A stretch of 64,000 nt of DNA from Acidocella sp. GTDB taxonomy: Bacteria; Pseudomonadota; Alphaproteobacteria; Acetobacterales; Acetobacteraceae. This document shows, piece after piece, positions 42,631 to 52,830 of the stretch (position 1 is its first letter; each line of letters begins with the position of its first letter). The stretch spans positions 1,935,642 through 1,999,641 of the forward strand of contig OZ255623.1 in NCBI GenBank assembly GCA_965276685.1. Reading direction: 5' to 3'. The notes beneath the pieces were generated by a model that was given only the letters and a program-made list of their open reading frames with translations, had not been told where the DNA came from and did no database searches. The position numbers and the translations under genes are program-made.

Positions 42631-44753
42631 GAATGCTTAAGCAGATCGCGCTGCCTTTACACTGGGCCGCAAGCCGGCTGCGCGGGCGGCCGGATAGCGA
42701 GCACGAGATGAGCCTGAACCGGCTCGTCGTCGCCATCGTCATCGTTTTCGTGCTGCTGGCAAGCTCGAACATCCACGGAACCTCCGGCGCGCTCATCGGC
42801 ATGGCGGTCTATATCGCCCTCGCGCTTGCCGTGCTCGGCCATATTTTGCTCTACCCGAACATCTCTCAGGCCCGGCGGCTCTTCGCCTTGCTGCTCGACT
42901 GTAGCTTTCTCTCCCTGGAGCTGCATCTTGGCGGCGGCGTCGCGGCGCTGTTCTTCCTCATCTATCTCTGGATTGTTCTCGGCAACGGCTTTCGCTTCGG
43001 CCTTGGCTTTCTCGCCGTTTCGGCGCCTGTCGCGGCATTCAGCTTCGGTGTGGTCGTGGCCACAACCCCGTTCTGGTACCGGCAGATGCATCTGTCGGAA
43101 GGCCTGCTCATCGGCCTCATCGTCCTGCCCGCCTATGCCGGAACCCTCATCCGCAAGCTTTCCCTGGCCACCCGCGCCGCTGAGGAAGCCAGCAAGGCAA
43201 AAAGCCTCTTCCTCGCCAGCGTCAGCCACGAACTTCGCACGCCGCTCACCGCCATAGTCGGCATGACCGGCCTTCTGAAATCCGCCCGGCTCGATGCGGC
43301 GCAAAAAGAGATGGTCGAGACAATCGGCGTCGCAACCCGCTCGCTGCAATCGCTCATCAATGGCCTGCTAGATCTTTCTCGGATCGAGGCCGGGCGTATG
43401 CCGAGCGCGGCGGAGGAGTTCGACCTTCCGGCCTTGCTGGACGATGTCCGCCGGATGTTCGAGACCCAGCTGCAAAGCAAAAAGCTAAGTCTGGACATCC
43501 AGATATCGCCGCGCACCCCGTCTCACCTGCTGGCAAGCCGCCAGCATCTGCTCGACATCCTTCTCAATTTAACAGCCAACGCCGTCAAATTCACCGCAAC
43601 GGGCGGAATCACCATCACGGTCGATGCCGAGCGGGGCGAACCAGAGAACCATATCCTGTTGAAGATCGCGGTTTCCGATACCGGCATCGGCATCGCGGCT
43701 AAGGACCAGGCGCATATCTTCGAGAATTTCACCCAGGCGAATGAGACGATCCTGAACCGCTTTGGCGGCACAGGCCTTGGGCTGGCCATCTCACAGCAGC
43801 TTGCCGGGCTCATGGGCGGGGCTATCACGGTCGAAAGCGAACTCGGCAAAGGCAGCGTCTTTCGCTTTGCCATCAAGGCCCAGGCAATCGCATCGGCGGA
43901 AACCCAACCGGTCCTTGCGCCCGTCTCTGAGTCCATCGCAACCGCATCACCGCAACGCCGCCGCGTGCTGCTGGTCGATGACAACCGGATCAACCAGCGC
44001 GTCTTCTCCCGCATTCTGGAGTCTGCCGGGCACGACGTTCTCGTCGCGGAAAACGGTGAGCTCGCCCTCGACATCCTCGAGGAAGAAGCCAAACACCTCG
44101 ATATCGTGCTCATGGACTTCAACATGCCGGAGCTGGACGGGCTGGAAGCTACCAAGCTGTTCCGCGCCATGTCCATCGGCGACAACCGGCTGCCCATCAT
44201 CGGTCTCACGGCGGATGCGGCGGCATTGTCCGATGGCCGCTGGCGCGAAGCGGGAATGGACGGCTGCCTGATCAAACCTGTCGATCCGGCGGCTTTTCTG
44301 GCCACGGTCGAAACCATGGCACGCGCCGCCGTCTATCAGCCCGCCAGTCCGGTAATGGCGCTGCACGAGCACCCCCGCTTCCGCCCGGCAAGCGTTCCGG
44401 CACTGGACGAAATGATTCTTGGCAATTTGCGGCAGCTGGGAGACGATGCGTTTATCGACGAGTTGATGTCGGACTTCCTTTCGGATGCAGCCGATCTCAT
44501 CGATACGCTGGTGCAGGCGGCACGCCGGGGAGACAGCCCAGCCTTCCGCAACCATGCCCATGCGCTCCGGAGCAGCGCCGCCAATGTCGGCGCCACGGCG
44601 CTTGGCGAATTATGCGCGCCCTTCGCCGGCCAGCGCGGCGGCGAGCTTCAGGCGCGGGCGGCTGACTTTGCCAGCCGCGCGCAGGCGGAACTCTGGAGGA
44701 CGCGGGAAGCGATTGCCTCCCTTGATTCCTCCCGCCGGGCCTCTAATCAATAA
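42627..44753 (+). CDS. rpfC: Hybrid sensor histidine kinase, RpfC-like (TM sensor-HisKA-HATPase-REC-HPt)
   Basis: RLRGRPDSEH N-terminus, about five TM helices, WIVLGNGFRFG, SHELRTPL, REC, HAHALRSSAANVGA HPt; 4-bp overlap with the upstream regulator. Confidence 0.82.
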   Translation: MRMLKQIALPLHWAASRLRGRPDSEHEMSLNRLVVAIVIVFVLLASSNIHGTSGALIGMAVYIALALAVLGHILLYPNISQARRLFALLLDCSFLSLELHLGGGVAALFFLIYLWIVLGNGFRFGLGFLAVSAPVAAFSFGVVVATTPFWYRQMHLSEGLLIGLIVLPAYAGTLIRKLSLATRAAEEASKAKSLFLASVSHELRTPLTAIVGMTGLLKSARLDAAQKEMVETIGVATRSLQSLINGLLDLSRIEAGRMPSAAEEFDLPALLDDVRRMFETQLQSKKLSLDIQISPRTPSHLLASRQHLLDILLNLTANAVKFTATGGITITVDAERGEPENHILLKIAVSDTGIGIAAKDQAHIFENFTQANETILNRFGGTGLGLAISQQLAGLMGGAITVESELGKGSVFRFAIKAQAIASAETQPVLAPVSESIATASPQRRRVLLVDDNRINQRVFSRILESAGHDVLVAENGELALDILEEEAKHLDIVLMDFNMPELDGLEATKLFRAMSIGDNRLPIIGLTADAAALSDGRWREAGMDGCLIKPVDPAAFLATVETMARAAVYQPASPVMALHEHPRFRPASVPALDEMILGNLRQLGDDAFIDELMSDFLSDAADLIDTLVQAARRGDSPAFRNHAHALRSSAANVGATALGELCAPFAGQRGGELQARAADFASRAQAELWRTREAIASLDSSRRASNQ

Positions 44754-44779
44754 TAGCCGACCTGACCCGGCTATATTTT

Positions 44780-45751
44780 TCATTCCGCCGCCATCATCAC
44801 CGGCAGCGCAGGGTGCGTGGCCGCCAGGCGACGGTCCTGCGCCGCGCGCAGCCGGTCCATTTTGCGTAAATCCGCTTCCGTCAGGTTCAGCGCCGCTTCC
44901 GCCCAAATATCCACGACATCGCGCAGCTCATCCAGCGTTACCGGGTTTACCCGGCGGCGGGCCTGGTAAGTCGCCCGGTGTGCGTTGAACTTGCGATTAT
45001 GCCGGGCGATATAATCCTGCACCGCCTCCGGGCCCTGGCCATCCTCCGCCAGAACATCCACCACGCCCATCTCATGCAGTTCCTCAGCGGTATAAATCCG
45101 CCCTGAGAGGATCATCGCCTCCGCCCGCGCACGGTCCATTCGGCGGGAAAGGAAGCTGTAAGCGCCCATGCCGGGAAACAGATTGAACAGAATCTCCGGC
45201 AGGCCCATCTTCGCGCTCCGCTCGGCCACGATCATATCGAACGACAAGGCATGTTCAAACCCGCCGCCGAGCGCGTCGCCCTGCACCAGCGCCATGGTCA
45301 CAACCGGCACGTCGAAAGCGACCGTATTGCGATGGATAGCCTCGACCGCGACATGGCCGTAGCGGCGCAACGCCCCCAGGTCGCCCTGGCGAATGCGCTG
45401 GGCGAAATGCCCTAGGTCGCCGCCCAGGTTGTAAATTCCCGGCACGGCGGAGGCCATGACAAACCAGGAGAACGGGCGCGGCGCGCCGGTTGGCACGGTA
45501 GCGAAGGCGCTGCCGATCGCGTGCTGCATCTCGCTTACGTCATTCATCAACTCATGCGTATAGGTCGGCAGCCCCTGGGGCCGCATGAAGCACCAACAGG
45601 TCTCGGCCTGGGTATCGATTTCAAGTTCAAGGTTGTCGTAACGTCGTTGCGCCATCTCCTGCGCTGGGTTCCACTGGGCATCGCTGCTCTGCTGGGCAAA
45701 GCTCGTTTTGCCAAGGGCCGTAAGGTTGGTTGCTGTTCGTACAAAAGTCAT
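44780..45751 (-). CDS. rpfF: DSF synthase (crotonase family), RpfF-like
   Basis: YNLGGDL, LVQGDALGGGFE, MGLPEILFNLFPGMGAYSFL, ILSGRIYTAEEL; convergent with rpfC. Confidence 0.88.
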   Translation of the reverse strand: MTFVRTATNLTALGKTSFAQQSSDAQWNPAQEMAQRRYDNLELEIDTQAETCWCFMRPQGLPTYTHELMNDVSEMQHAIGSAFATVPTGAPRPFSWFVMASAVPGIYNLGGDLGHFAQRIRQGDLGALRRYGHVAVEAIHRNTVAFDVPVVTMALVQGDALGGGFEHALSFDMIVAERSAKMGLPEILFNLFPGMGAYSFLSRRMDRARAEAMILSGRIYTAEELHEMGVVDVLAEDGQGPEAVQDYIARHNRKFNAHRATYQARRRVNPVTLDELRDVVDIWAEAALNLTEADLRKMDRLRAAQDRRLAATHPALPVMMAAE

Positions 45752-45922
45752 CCCGGTTCTCCATGTTTGCGCGCTAACTTCACGGAGCCGGACCATCCTC
45801 GCCCGCCCTTGTTAGCTGCGGGTTAACTTAGTGCGCGAAACAATGTTTGGAGAAGGAAATATTTATTACCTCTATTAAATAGTACGCCGCAGCTCCGTAA
45901 GCTCGAAAAGCGTTTCATATTA

Positions 45923-47002
45923 ATGAAAGACCTTAACCTGATGAACTTGCGTGATTTGAACGAAATCGAGGAAGTTTCAGTCTCGCGGGAAGGCGTGCTG
46001 GGGCGCATCCGCCTCAACCGCCCGAAAGCGCTGAACAGCCTCACCCTTCCCATGATCCGCGCGATAGCCTCAGCCTTGGCGGCATTCGAGCAGGACTCCG
46101 CCATCGCGGTAGTGCTGATCGACGGTATCGGCGAGCGGGCATTCTGCGCCGGCGGGGACATCCGCGCGCTGTATGAGAGCGGCAAGCGTGGCGACGCCGC
46201 CGCGGCGGCATTCTGGGCGGAGGAATACGCGCTCAACGCCGCCATCGCGCGCTTTCCCAAACCCTATGTCGCGTTCATGGATGGCATCACCATGGGCGGC
46301 GGCGTCGGCCTCTCCGCGCACGGCAAGCACCGCCTTGTTACGGAACGAATCCGCCTCGCCATGCCGGAAACCGGCATCGGATTCTTCCCGGACATCGGCG
46401 CCACCTGGCTGCTCCCGCGCGCGCCGAGCGAAACCGGCATGTATCTCGGGCTAACCGGCACAACCATCAACGGCGCGGATGCGATCTACGCGCGCCTGGC
46501 GGATATCGAAGTTGCCTCGGCCGCGCTACCGGAAATCGTAAAGGCCTTGTCGCTCTTGGCCCCCGGCGCGCCAGACGTCACCGCCTGCCTGGCACAATTT
46601 GCCGGCCCTGAGTTATTAAAAGGGGCGCCAGCATCGCATCTCGCGGAAAACCGCAGCGCAATCGACCATTTCTTCGCAGCCCCCAGCCTACCGGCGCTGT
46701 TCGCAAACCTCGAGCGGGACGGCTCGCCGTTCGCACAAACAACATTGCAAACCTTGCAGCAAAAATCCCCAACTTCGCTCATCCTCACGCATCGCCTGCT
46801 CCGGCTCGGGGGCCAGGCAACATCCCTCCAGCAATGTCTGGACCGCGAATGCACCGCCGCGGCGCGGATCATGCGCGGCGTTGATTTCTACGAGGGTGTC
46901 CGCGCCGCGATCATCGACAAGGACCGCAACCCCCATTGGTGCCCGGCAAGCATTGCCGAGGTGGACGAAGCCGCTCTCATGGCGGAGTATATTCCCGGCT
47001 AA
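45923..47002 (+). CDS. 3-hydroxyisobutyryl-CoA hydrolase-like enoyl-CoA hydratase/isomerase
   Basis: LNRPKALNSL, AFCAGGDI, MDGITMGGGVG, AMPETGIGFFPD, DFYEGVRA.IIDKDRNP.W. Confidence 0.88.
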   Translation: MKDLNLMNLRDLNEIEEVSVSREGVLGRIRLNRPKALNSLTLPMIRAIASALAAFEQDSAIAVVLIDGIGERAFCAGGDIRALYESGKRGDAAAAAFWAEEYALNAAIARFPKPYVAFMDGITMGGGVGLSAHGKHRLVTERIRLAMPETGIGFFPDIGATWLLPRAPSETGMYLGLTGTTINGADAIYARLADIEVASAALPEIVKALSLLAPGAPDVTACLAQFAGPELLKGAPASHLAENRSAIDHFFAAPSLPALFANLERDGSPFAQTTLQTLQQKSPTSLILTHRLLRLGGQATSLQQCLDRECTAAARIMRGVDFYEGVRAAIIDKDRNPHWCPASIAEVDEAALMAEYIPG

Positions 47003-47014
47003 CTCGCTGCAAAG

Positions 47015-47977
47015 CTAAAACAGCTCCATCTCGCCCCCGGCCTGCTTCGCGCGCGCGATGCTGCCGTCTTCCACCAGCAACTCATAGCACTGCACCTGGT
47101 TGCGCCCCCTGTGCTTAGCGACATACAGCGCCTCGTCGGCCCGGCCAAAGGCGCAAGCCCCCGTGTCCCCCGGCAATATCATGCTAAAGCCAATGCTCAC
47201 CGTCACCTGCCCCACCTGCGGAAACACCGCCTCCTGCACGGCGGCACGGAAACAATCCAGCGCCACCAGGGCCTCCTCCTGGCTGGCATCGCTCAGCATC
47301 ACGACAAATTCCTCCCCGCCGAAGCGGAACAGCCCATCGCGCCCCGGAAAACTCTCCGCGATCAGGCGGGAGAGCAGAATCAGCACCTCATCGCCGTAAG
47401 GGTGGCCGAACTGATCGTTAATGCGCTTGAAGAAGTCGATATCCGCCACGGCAATCGCCGTCTGTATTCCGCTCCCGGCGCCATTCTGCTTGAAGAATGC
47501 GTTGAACGTCCGGCGGTTCAGCAGCCCGGTCAGCTCGTCCCGCGCGCCATAGTCCAGCAGGCCGAGATGGTTGCGATAGACCCGCACCAGCCCATCCACC
47601 AGATGCTCCTGCAACTTCTGCAACGGCGAGGGTCGCAGCACCTCCAGCAGCCCCGTCACCTCGCGGTCGTTGCATAGCGGAAACACATGGCGCGTCATCG
47701 CTGCCGCCGCCGGGCCCCATATATAGCGTTGCGCCGCATAGCACTCGCGCCATTCCGGCGGCGCATGGGCCAGGAGTATTTCTTCGCCCGGCTTATGCCC
47801 CCGCGGCAGTGTCAAGCGCTCGCGCAGCCACCGGCCTTCTCCGCCGCCCATCGCCCGCCACACCGAAAGCCTGGCCGCCCCCGCCAGTTCAAAAATCGCA
47901 CGGGCGAGCGACGCCTCCAGCGCGTCATGGTCACGTAGATGCGTCAGCTCCGCCACGGTGTCGATAAGTTCTGTCAT
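47015..47977 (-). CDS. Diguanylate cyclase (GGEEF) with N-terminal GAF-like region
   Basis: DELTGLLNRR, DIDFFKRIND, RFGGEEF, ADEALY.AK..GRN. Confidence 0.9.
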   Translation of the reverse strand: MTELIDTVAELTHLRDHDALEASLARAIFELAGAARLSVWRAMGGGEGRWLRERLTLPRGHKPGEEILLAHAPPEWRECYAAQRYIWGPAAAAMTRHVFPLCNDREVTGLLEVLRPSPLQKLQEHLVDGLVRVYRNHLGLLDYGARDELTGLLNRRTFNAFFKQNGAGSGIQTAIAVADIDFFKRINDQFGHPYGDEVLILLSRLIAESFPGRDGLFRFGGEEFVVMLSDASQEEALVALDCFRAAVQEAVFPQVGQVTVSIGFSMILPGDTGACAFGRADEALYVAKHRGRNQVQCYELLVEDGSIARAKQAGGEMELF

Positions 47978-47992
47978 CTCACTGCCACAACC

Positions 47993-49174
47993 CTAGCGCG
48001 AAATGATTAAAGACCTGCCAACGAACACAACCAGCCCCACCGACCCCAGCATCGCCGCCACGCCAATCCCAAACAGCAGCAAATAACTTCCGCTCACATG
48101 AAAAATGCTGGAAAATCCAGCCGCCGCCAGCGCCTGCACCACGGCATAGGCCATGGTGGCCAAGCCCCATTCCGCCGCCAGCCGGTCTGGCCGCACCATG
48201 CCGGCCAGCGCGCCCGCCACCAGCATTACCGCCCCCAGCGCCACCGCGCCCACCCCAATGGCTGAGGCAACCAGCGCCGCCGCGCTGTCATCTATCAGCG
48301 GCGCCGCAACGCAGAGTGTCATCACCACATAGCCCGCCGTCAGCGTCGCGAGGAAGCCGAACCGGTCCGCCACCCGGCCCAGCACCACCGGCCCCACCGC
48401 CGCCGCCACGCCGAACCAGGCTGAAACCTCCGCCCCCGCCACAATGCCCCGATGCAGCCCAATCGCCACGAAACTCGCCAGGAAAAGCATATGCGGCACA
48501 AACCCCAGCGCCGAGAGCGAATACGCCCCCACCAGCAGCAACACCGGGCGGCTCATCTTTTCCCTTGCCGCCTGCTCCGCCCGCACCGGCACGGTGGAGC
48601 GCGGCATCAACCCCCATGCCGCCGCCGTCGCCGCCACCCCGGCAAGCCCCAGCGCCTCCCAGGTGAACACCAACCCATGCCCCAGCAGCAGCGGGATCAG
48701 CAGCGAGCTCGCGGCGAAACCGGCGCCCATGCCGGAAAACGTGATCCCGCTAACCTTTCCCCGCGCTTGCGCCGGGGCGCGGCCGACGACGGCGGCGGCC
48801 ATCAGCACCATCAGCATCCCGCCCGTTACGCCCGAGGTCAGCCGCCACAGACCGAACCAGACCATCCCCCAGCCCAGCCCGGAGGCCAGCAACGAGACCG
48901 CGGTGGCCGCCATCAACCCCAGCACCAGCGGGCGGGCGGGCAGGCTCCCGCGCCAGGCCCGCATTCCCGCCGCGCCGATGAAATAGCCCAGCAAATTCAC
49001 CGCCCCCAGCCAGAACGCCTGCGCCGCCGTGAACCAATGCGCCGCGACGAGCGCAGGCACCAGCGGCGCGTAGCCGAACCGCGCCACGCCGATGCCTAAA
49101 AACATCGCCAGCAGCCCGGCAAACGCCGCGCGATAGATCGGGAACTTGGGGCTATCTTCCATTCCCTCAGCCAT
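47993..49174 (-). CDS. YbfB/YjiJ family MFS transporter
   Basis: GIGVARFGYAPLVP, GAVNLLGYFIGA, FSGMGAG; about 12 TM. Confidence 0.82.
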   Translation of the reverse strand: MAEGMEDSPKFPIYRAAFAGLLAMFLGIGVARFGYAPLVPALVAAHWFTAAQAFWLGAVNLLGYFIGAAGMRAWRGSLPARPLVLGLMAATAVSLLASGLGWGMVWFGLWRLTSGVTGGMLMVLMAAAVVGRAPAQARGKVSGITFSGMGAGFAASSLLIPLLLGHGLVFTWEALGLAGVAATAAAWGLMPRSTVPVRAEQAAREKMSRPVLLLVGAYSLSALGFVPHMLFLASFVAIGLHRGIVAGAEVSAWFGVAAAVGPVVLGRVADRFGFLATLTAGYVVMTLCVAAPLIDDSAAALVASAIGVGAVALGAVMLVAGALAGMVRPDRLAAEWGLATMAYAVVQALAAAGFSSIFHVSGSYLLLFGIGVAAMLGSVGLVVFVGRSLIISR

Positions 49175-49253
49175 AGCCTTGCGCGCCGTTGGTTGGTATA
49201 GACCCGCCCGAGGGGTCTGATCGCGCCCTGGTAATCTGAAGGACTATTCATCC

Positions 49254-50018
49254 ATGGCCCGCCGCCGGCAGCTCTATGAAGGCAAAGCAAAAATCCTGTT
49301 CGAAGGCCCGGAACCCGGCACCCTCGTGCAATATTTTAAGGACGACGCCACCGCGTTCAACGCCCAAAAAAAGGGCACCATCACCGGCAAGGGCGTGCTG
49401 AACAACCGCATCAGCGAATTCCTCATGACCAAGCTGGCGGAAATCAACATCCCCACGCATTTCATCCGCCGCCTCAACATGCGCGAGCAGCTTATCAAGG
49501 AAGTCGAGATCATCCCCATTGAGGTCGTTGTCCGCAACGTCGCCGCGGGCAGCATCTCGCAGCGCCTCGGCATACCGGAGGGCACCCGTCTGCCCCGCTC
49601 CATCGTCGAATACTATTACAAAAACGACGCGCTCAACGACCCGATGGTGGCGGAGGAGCACATCACCGCCTTCGGCTGGGCCACCCCGCCGGATATGGAC
49701 GACATCGTCCACCTCACGCTTCGCATCAACGACTTCCTCTCCGGCCTGTTTCTCGGCGTCGGCATCACGCTGGTCGATTTCAAGGTCGAATTCGGCCGGC
49801 TGTACGAGAACGAGGATATGCGTGTTGTCCTCGCCGACGAGATCAGCCCGGACAACTGCCGCCTGTGGGACGCAAAGACCAACGAGAAAATGGACAAGGA
49901 CCGTTTCCGCCGCGACCTAGGCAAGATCGAGGAAGCCTATCAGGAAGTCGCCCGCCGCCTCGGCATCCTCCCTGAAGCCGGCACCCGGGACATGAAAGGC
50001 CCGGAGACGATGCAATAG
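49254..50018 (+). CDS. purC: SAICAR synthetase
   Basis: [43 protein letters not shown]. Confidence 0.98.
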   Translation: MARRRQLYEGKAKILFEGPEPGTLVQYFKDDATAFNAQKKGTITGKGVLNNRISEFLMTKLAEINIPTHFIRRLNMREQLIKEVEIIPIEVVVRNVAAGSISQRLGIPEGTRLPRSIVEYYYKNDALNDPMVAEEHITAFGWATPPDMDDIVHLTLRINDFLSGLFLGVGITLVDFKVEFGRLYENEDMRVVLADEISPDNCRLWDAKTNEKMDKDRFRRDLGKIEEAYQEVARRLGILPEAGTRDMKGPETMQ

Positions 50019-50027
50019 GCCCCAACA

Positions 50028-50062
50028 CCGTCATGCCGGCGAACGCCGGCATCCACGACTTC
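50028..50062. repeat. Small palindromic intergenic repeat (RPE-like)
   Basis: GTCATGCCGGC-GAAC-GCCGGCATCC hairpin, typical alphaproteobacterial repeat. Confidence 0.7.
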
Positions 50063-50080
50063 CTACTCTGGGAACCAAAA

Positions 50081-50323
50081 ATGAAAGCCATTGTCACCGT
50101 AATGCTTAAGGACGGCGTGCTGGACCCGCAGGGAAAGGCCATCGGTCACGCGCTCAACAACCTGGGCTTCCCCCAGGTGGGCGATGTCCGCGCCGGCAAA
50201 ATCATCGAACTGGACCTTAATGAAACCGACGCGCAGGCCGCTAAATCCGCCGCCGAGGATATGGCGAAAAAACTCCTCGCCAACACGGTCATTGAAAGCT
50301 TCCGGGTCGAGATCGCCGGTTGA
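50081..50323 (+). CDS. purS: FGAM synthase subunit PurS
   Basis: V.VMLKDGVLDPQGKAI, LLANTVIE. Confidence 0.96.
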   Translation: MKAIVTVMLKDGVLDPQGKAIGHALNNLGFPQVGDVRAGKIIELDLNETDAQAAKSAAEDMAKKLLANTVIESFRVEIAG

Positions 50324-51540
50324 GGCTCCCCCGCCTCACTTCTTTAAAGCTGCTCGGCAACCGCATTTATTCGCGCGGGCGTCTCGACCTCTGGTTCCCG
50401 CAACTCCCCTTCGCACTCGCCGTCGGCATCGCCGGCACGCTGGCCCTCCTGCCCACCATCCGCCGCTACGCGCAGGAATATTTCCACCTCCAGCTCTCCG
50501 GCCTGTTCAACGCGCTGCACCCGCTCTCCACCGGCGTGCCTCAGCTCATCCTGCGCGGCGTTCCCACCGCCATCGTCGGCTCCCTACAAATCTTCATCGC
50601 CATCGGCCTGCTCTCCAGCTCCCGCCTTGCCTGGATCTCAGCACTCCTCATCACCTTGGCACAACTCGCCCTGGCAATCGGCTTCAGCCACGAGGCCTGG
50701 GATTCCGGCGCCGTCATTTACATCTTCGCGCTGTTCATCGCGCTGGCGCTCTCGGGCGATTCGTTCAAAAAATCCTCCCTCGCCGCCGGCACGCTTTTCG
50801 CGCTCGCAGCCAGCATCCTGCTGCTGGTCTATGGCGTGCTGGGCTCCATCATCCTGGGCGCCGGTTTCGCGCCGCCCATCGTCTCCCTGCCGCAGGCGAT
50901 CTATTTCACCGTCGTTACCATGTCCACGGTCGGCTATGGCGACATCATACCTAAAAGCGACAACGCCCGGCTGTTCGTCATCTCGCTCATCGTCGTCGGC
51001 ATCACCGTCTTCCTCACCTCGCTCACCGCCGTCGTCGGGCCTCTGGTCCAGGGGCGCCTCAGCCGCATCATCGAACCGAAGAGAAAACGCATGAAACGCG
51101 TCAACCATTACATCATCACCGGCGGCGGTCCGCTCGCGCACAACACCGCGCGGGAGCTTCTCGTCCGCGGCAAGGCGGTCGTCGTTATTACGGATACCGA
51201 TGACACCGGCTTCGGCGATGCCGAAATGGTGCATGGCGACGCCACGGACCTTGAAATCCTGCGCCGCGCCGGGGCCGAGAACGCCTACGCCGTGCTCGCA
51301 CTCTCAGGCGACGACGCGGAAAATGCCTTTGTGATCCTCGCACTTCGCGAGCTTACTACCGAGGCCAAAAAGGTCGCCGCCGTCAGCGCCCGCAAAAACC
51401 TGGACCGCGTCCGCCGCGTGCAGCCGGACATGATACTCGCCCCCAATGTCTTTGGCGGCGAGGTTCTGGCCATGGCGCTTACGGAAGAGAAGATCGACGG
51501 CGAAAGTCTTTTAGAAAAATTCCTGGACGTAAAACCGTAG
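50320..51540 (+). CDS. kch: Voltage-gated-type potassium channel with RCK/TrkA_N domain
   Basis: TMSTVGYGD selectivity filter, SSLAAGTLFA, RCK domain with GDATD and DAENAF; collinear with E. coli Kch as recalled. Confidence 0.85.
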   Translation: MRLPRLTSLKLLGNRIYSRGRLDLWFPQLPFALAVGIAGTLALLPTIRRYAQEYFHLQLSGLFNALHPLSTGVPQLILRGVPTAIVGSLQIFIAIGLLSSSRLAWISALLITLAQLALAIGFSHEAWDSGAVIYIFALFIALALSGDSFKKSSLAAGTLFALAASILLLVYGVLGSIILGAGFAPPIVSLPQAIYFTVVTMSTVGYGDIIPKSDNARLFVISLIVVGITVFLTSLTAVVGPLVQGRLSRIIEPKRKRMKRVNHYIITGGGPLAHNTARELLVRGKAVVVITDTDDTGFGDAEMVHGDATDLEILRRAGAENAYAVLALSGDDAENAFVILALRELTTEAKKVAAVSARKNLDRVRRVQPDMILAPNVFGGEVLAMALTEEKIDGESLLEKFLDVKP

Positions 51541-51567
51541 GGCGGGTTAGCGAAGCGTAACCCGCCA
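51537..51567. repeat. GTAG-type REP element overlapping the kch stop codon
   Basis: GTAG-GGCGGGTTA-GCGAAGCG-TAACCCGCC. Confidence 0.8.
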
Positions 51568-51576
51568 CCCTACCCC

Positions 51577-52443
51577 TCAAAACTTATAAACCGCCGAGAC
51601 CACGCCCACCGTATCGTATTTCGTCTGCGTGATCGGGCTATCCGCGGCGCTGTTCAGCAGCCTTTCCACCGCGCCATCCACATTCACAATGAAATGCTGG
51701 GTGACGAAATAATCCGCAGACACGCCAAGCCCGGCGGATTTAAACCCGGCCTGCGCGTGATAACGATGGTAGTGCGTACTCGCCGCCTGCGTCCGGCTAA
51801 CCCCAAAATACGCATTCATGTAGCGCGCATCGGCCACCGTCACGGTCGGCCCAACAAACCAGGCGAATTTCTGCGAGCTTCCCGGCATCGGCAAATACGC
51901 GCCGACATCGCCAACATAGCCATTGGTAGCGCCAATCTGCTTGCGCGCATCAACCCGTATGGTTAGCGGAAAGCTTTTGGAAACGACGGTCGTCGCGAAT
52001 ATCTTAGCCTCCGGCGCCGCGTGGATTGTCCCAAGCCCGGTCAGAATCTTCCCATCGACATGCGGCGAGCGGCCCAGGTCATAGGTAATGGCAGCCCCCA
52101 CGCTTATGTGGCGGAAGCTGAACAGGTTAACGCCGATCCCCTCCCCGGATGAAGCAAAGGCGATGTCTTTATAACGTATGTCGATCACCGGGCCTGGCTG
52201 CACCTCGTAGCGGCTAAGGCCATAAAACCCTGGGGTTAACTGCGCGCCAAGCCCAAGCTCCACCTGCCAGGTCGGCACGGTAGGCTCGAACAGCCTTTGC
52301 AGCTGGATACCCGAGGAATATTGCCACTCCGCCAGCGGGGATGGCGTTTGCGCCTGCACCGGGCGCAGGCTCAGCAAAATTGCCGTCGCGCCTAATAAAA
52401 AGCACCAGGCCCTGGCCCGGCCCGAGATCGAAATTTTACCCAT
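51577..52443 (-). CDS. MipA/OmpV family outer-membrane protein
   Basis: Signal peptide from MGKISIS; RYMNAYFGV, C-terminal YKF. The track's longer N-terminus runs through a repeat element. Confidence 0.8.
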   Translation of the reverse strand: MGKISISGRARAWCFLLGATAILLSLRPVQAQTPSPLAEWQYSSGIQLQRLFEPTVPTWQVELGLGAQLTPGFYGLSRYEVQPGPVIDIRYKDIAFASSGEGIGVNLFSFRHISVGAAITYDLGRSPHVDGKILTGLGTIHAAPEAKIFATTVVSKSFPLTIRVDARKQIGATNGYVGDVGAYLPMPGSSQKFAWFVGPTVTVADARYMNAYFGVSRTQAASTHYHRYHAQAGFKSAGLGVSADYFVTQHFIVNVDGAVERLLNSAADSPITQTKYDTVGVVSAVYKF

Positions 52444-52523
52444 TGCCTGTTTTACCCTGTTGATCGTGGGCATGAGGATAGGCGCAAGATTCACCATCCG
52501 CAACGGCTCGCCATTGCCCACCC

Positions 52524-52560
52524 CGTCATTGCGAGCGCGACGCGCGAAGCAATCCATCTT
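52524..52560. repeat. RPE-like palindromic repeat; a degenerate second copy lies at about 52890-52925
   Basis: GTCATTGCGAGCG...GCGAAGCAATCCATC. Confidence 0.7.
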
Positions 52561-52658
52561 CTCTTGAACCACCTCCAGCCGCGCCCTCACGCACCAGCGG
52601 CACGCAAAATCCATCATCTCCGTCGGGCGCAAAATCCGGATGCAGCGCCACCAGTTTT

Positions 52659-52830
52659 TCATTCGATGTGGTGATACGTGACCCGTTCGCAATCTTCTTG
52701 GATTATGCTGAAACCATTCACCAGCGACGCCGCCGTGAACAATAACCCGTCCTGATACACCGCATGTTCGGGCGAGAGCCGCAAATCGCGCTCCGGCGCG
52801 AAAATGGCGCCGCGATTGGTAACGGTGCCG
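52659..52830 (-). pseudogene. Hint_2 domain fragment
   Basis: DLRLSPEHAVYQDGLLF.A.SLVNG.SI.Q...VTYHHIE, homologous to the domain at 62418-63584 but lacking its N-terminus. Confidence 0.75.
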
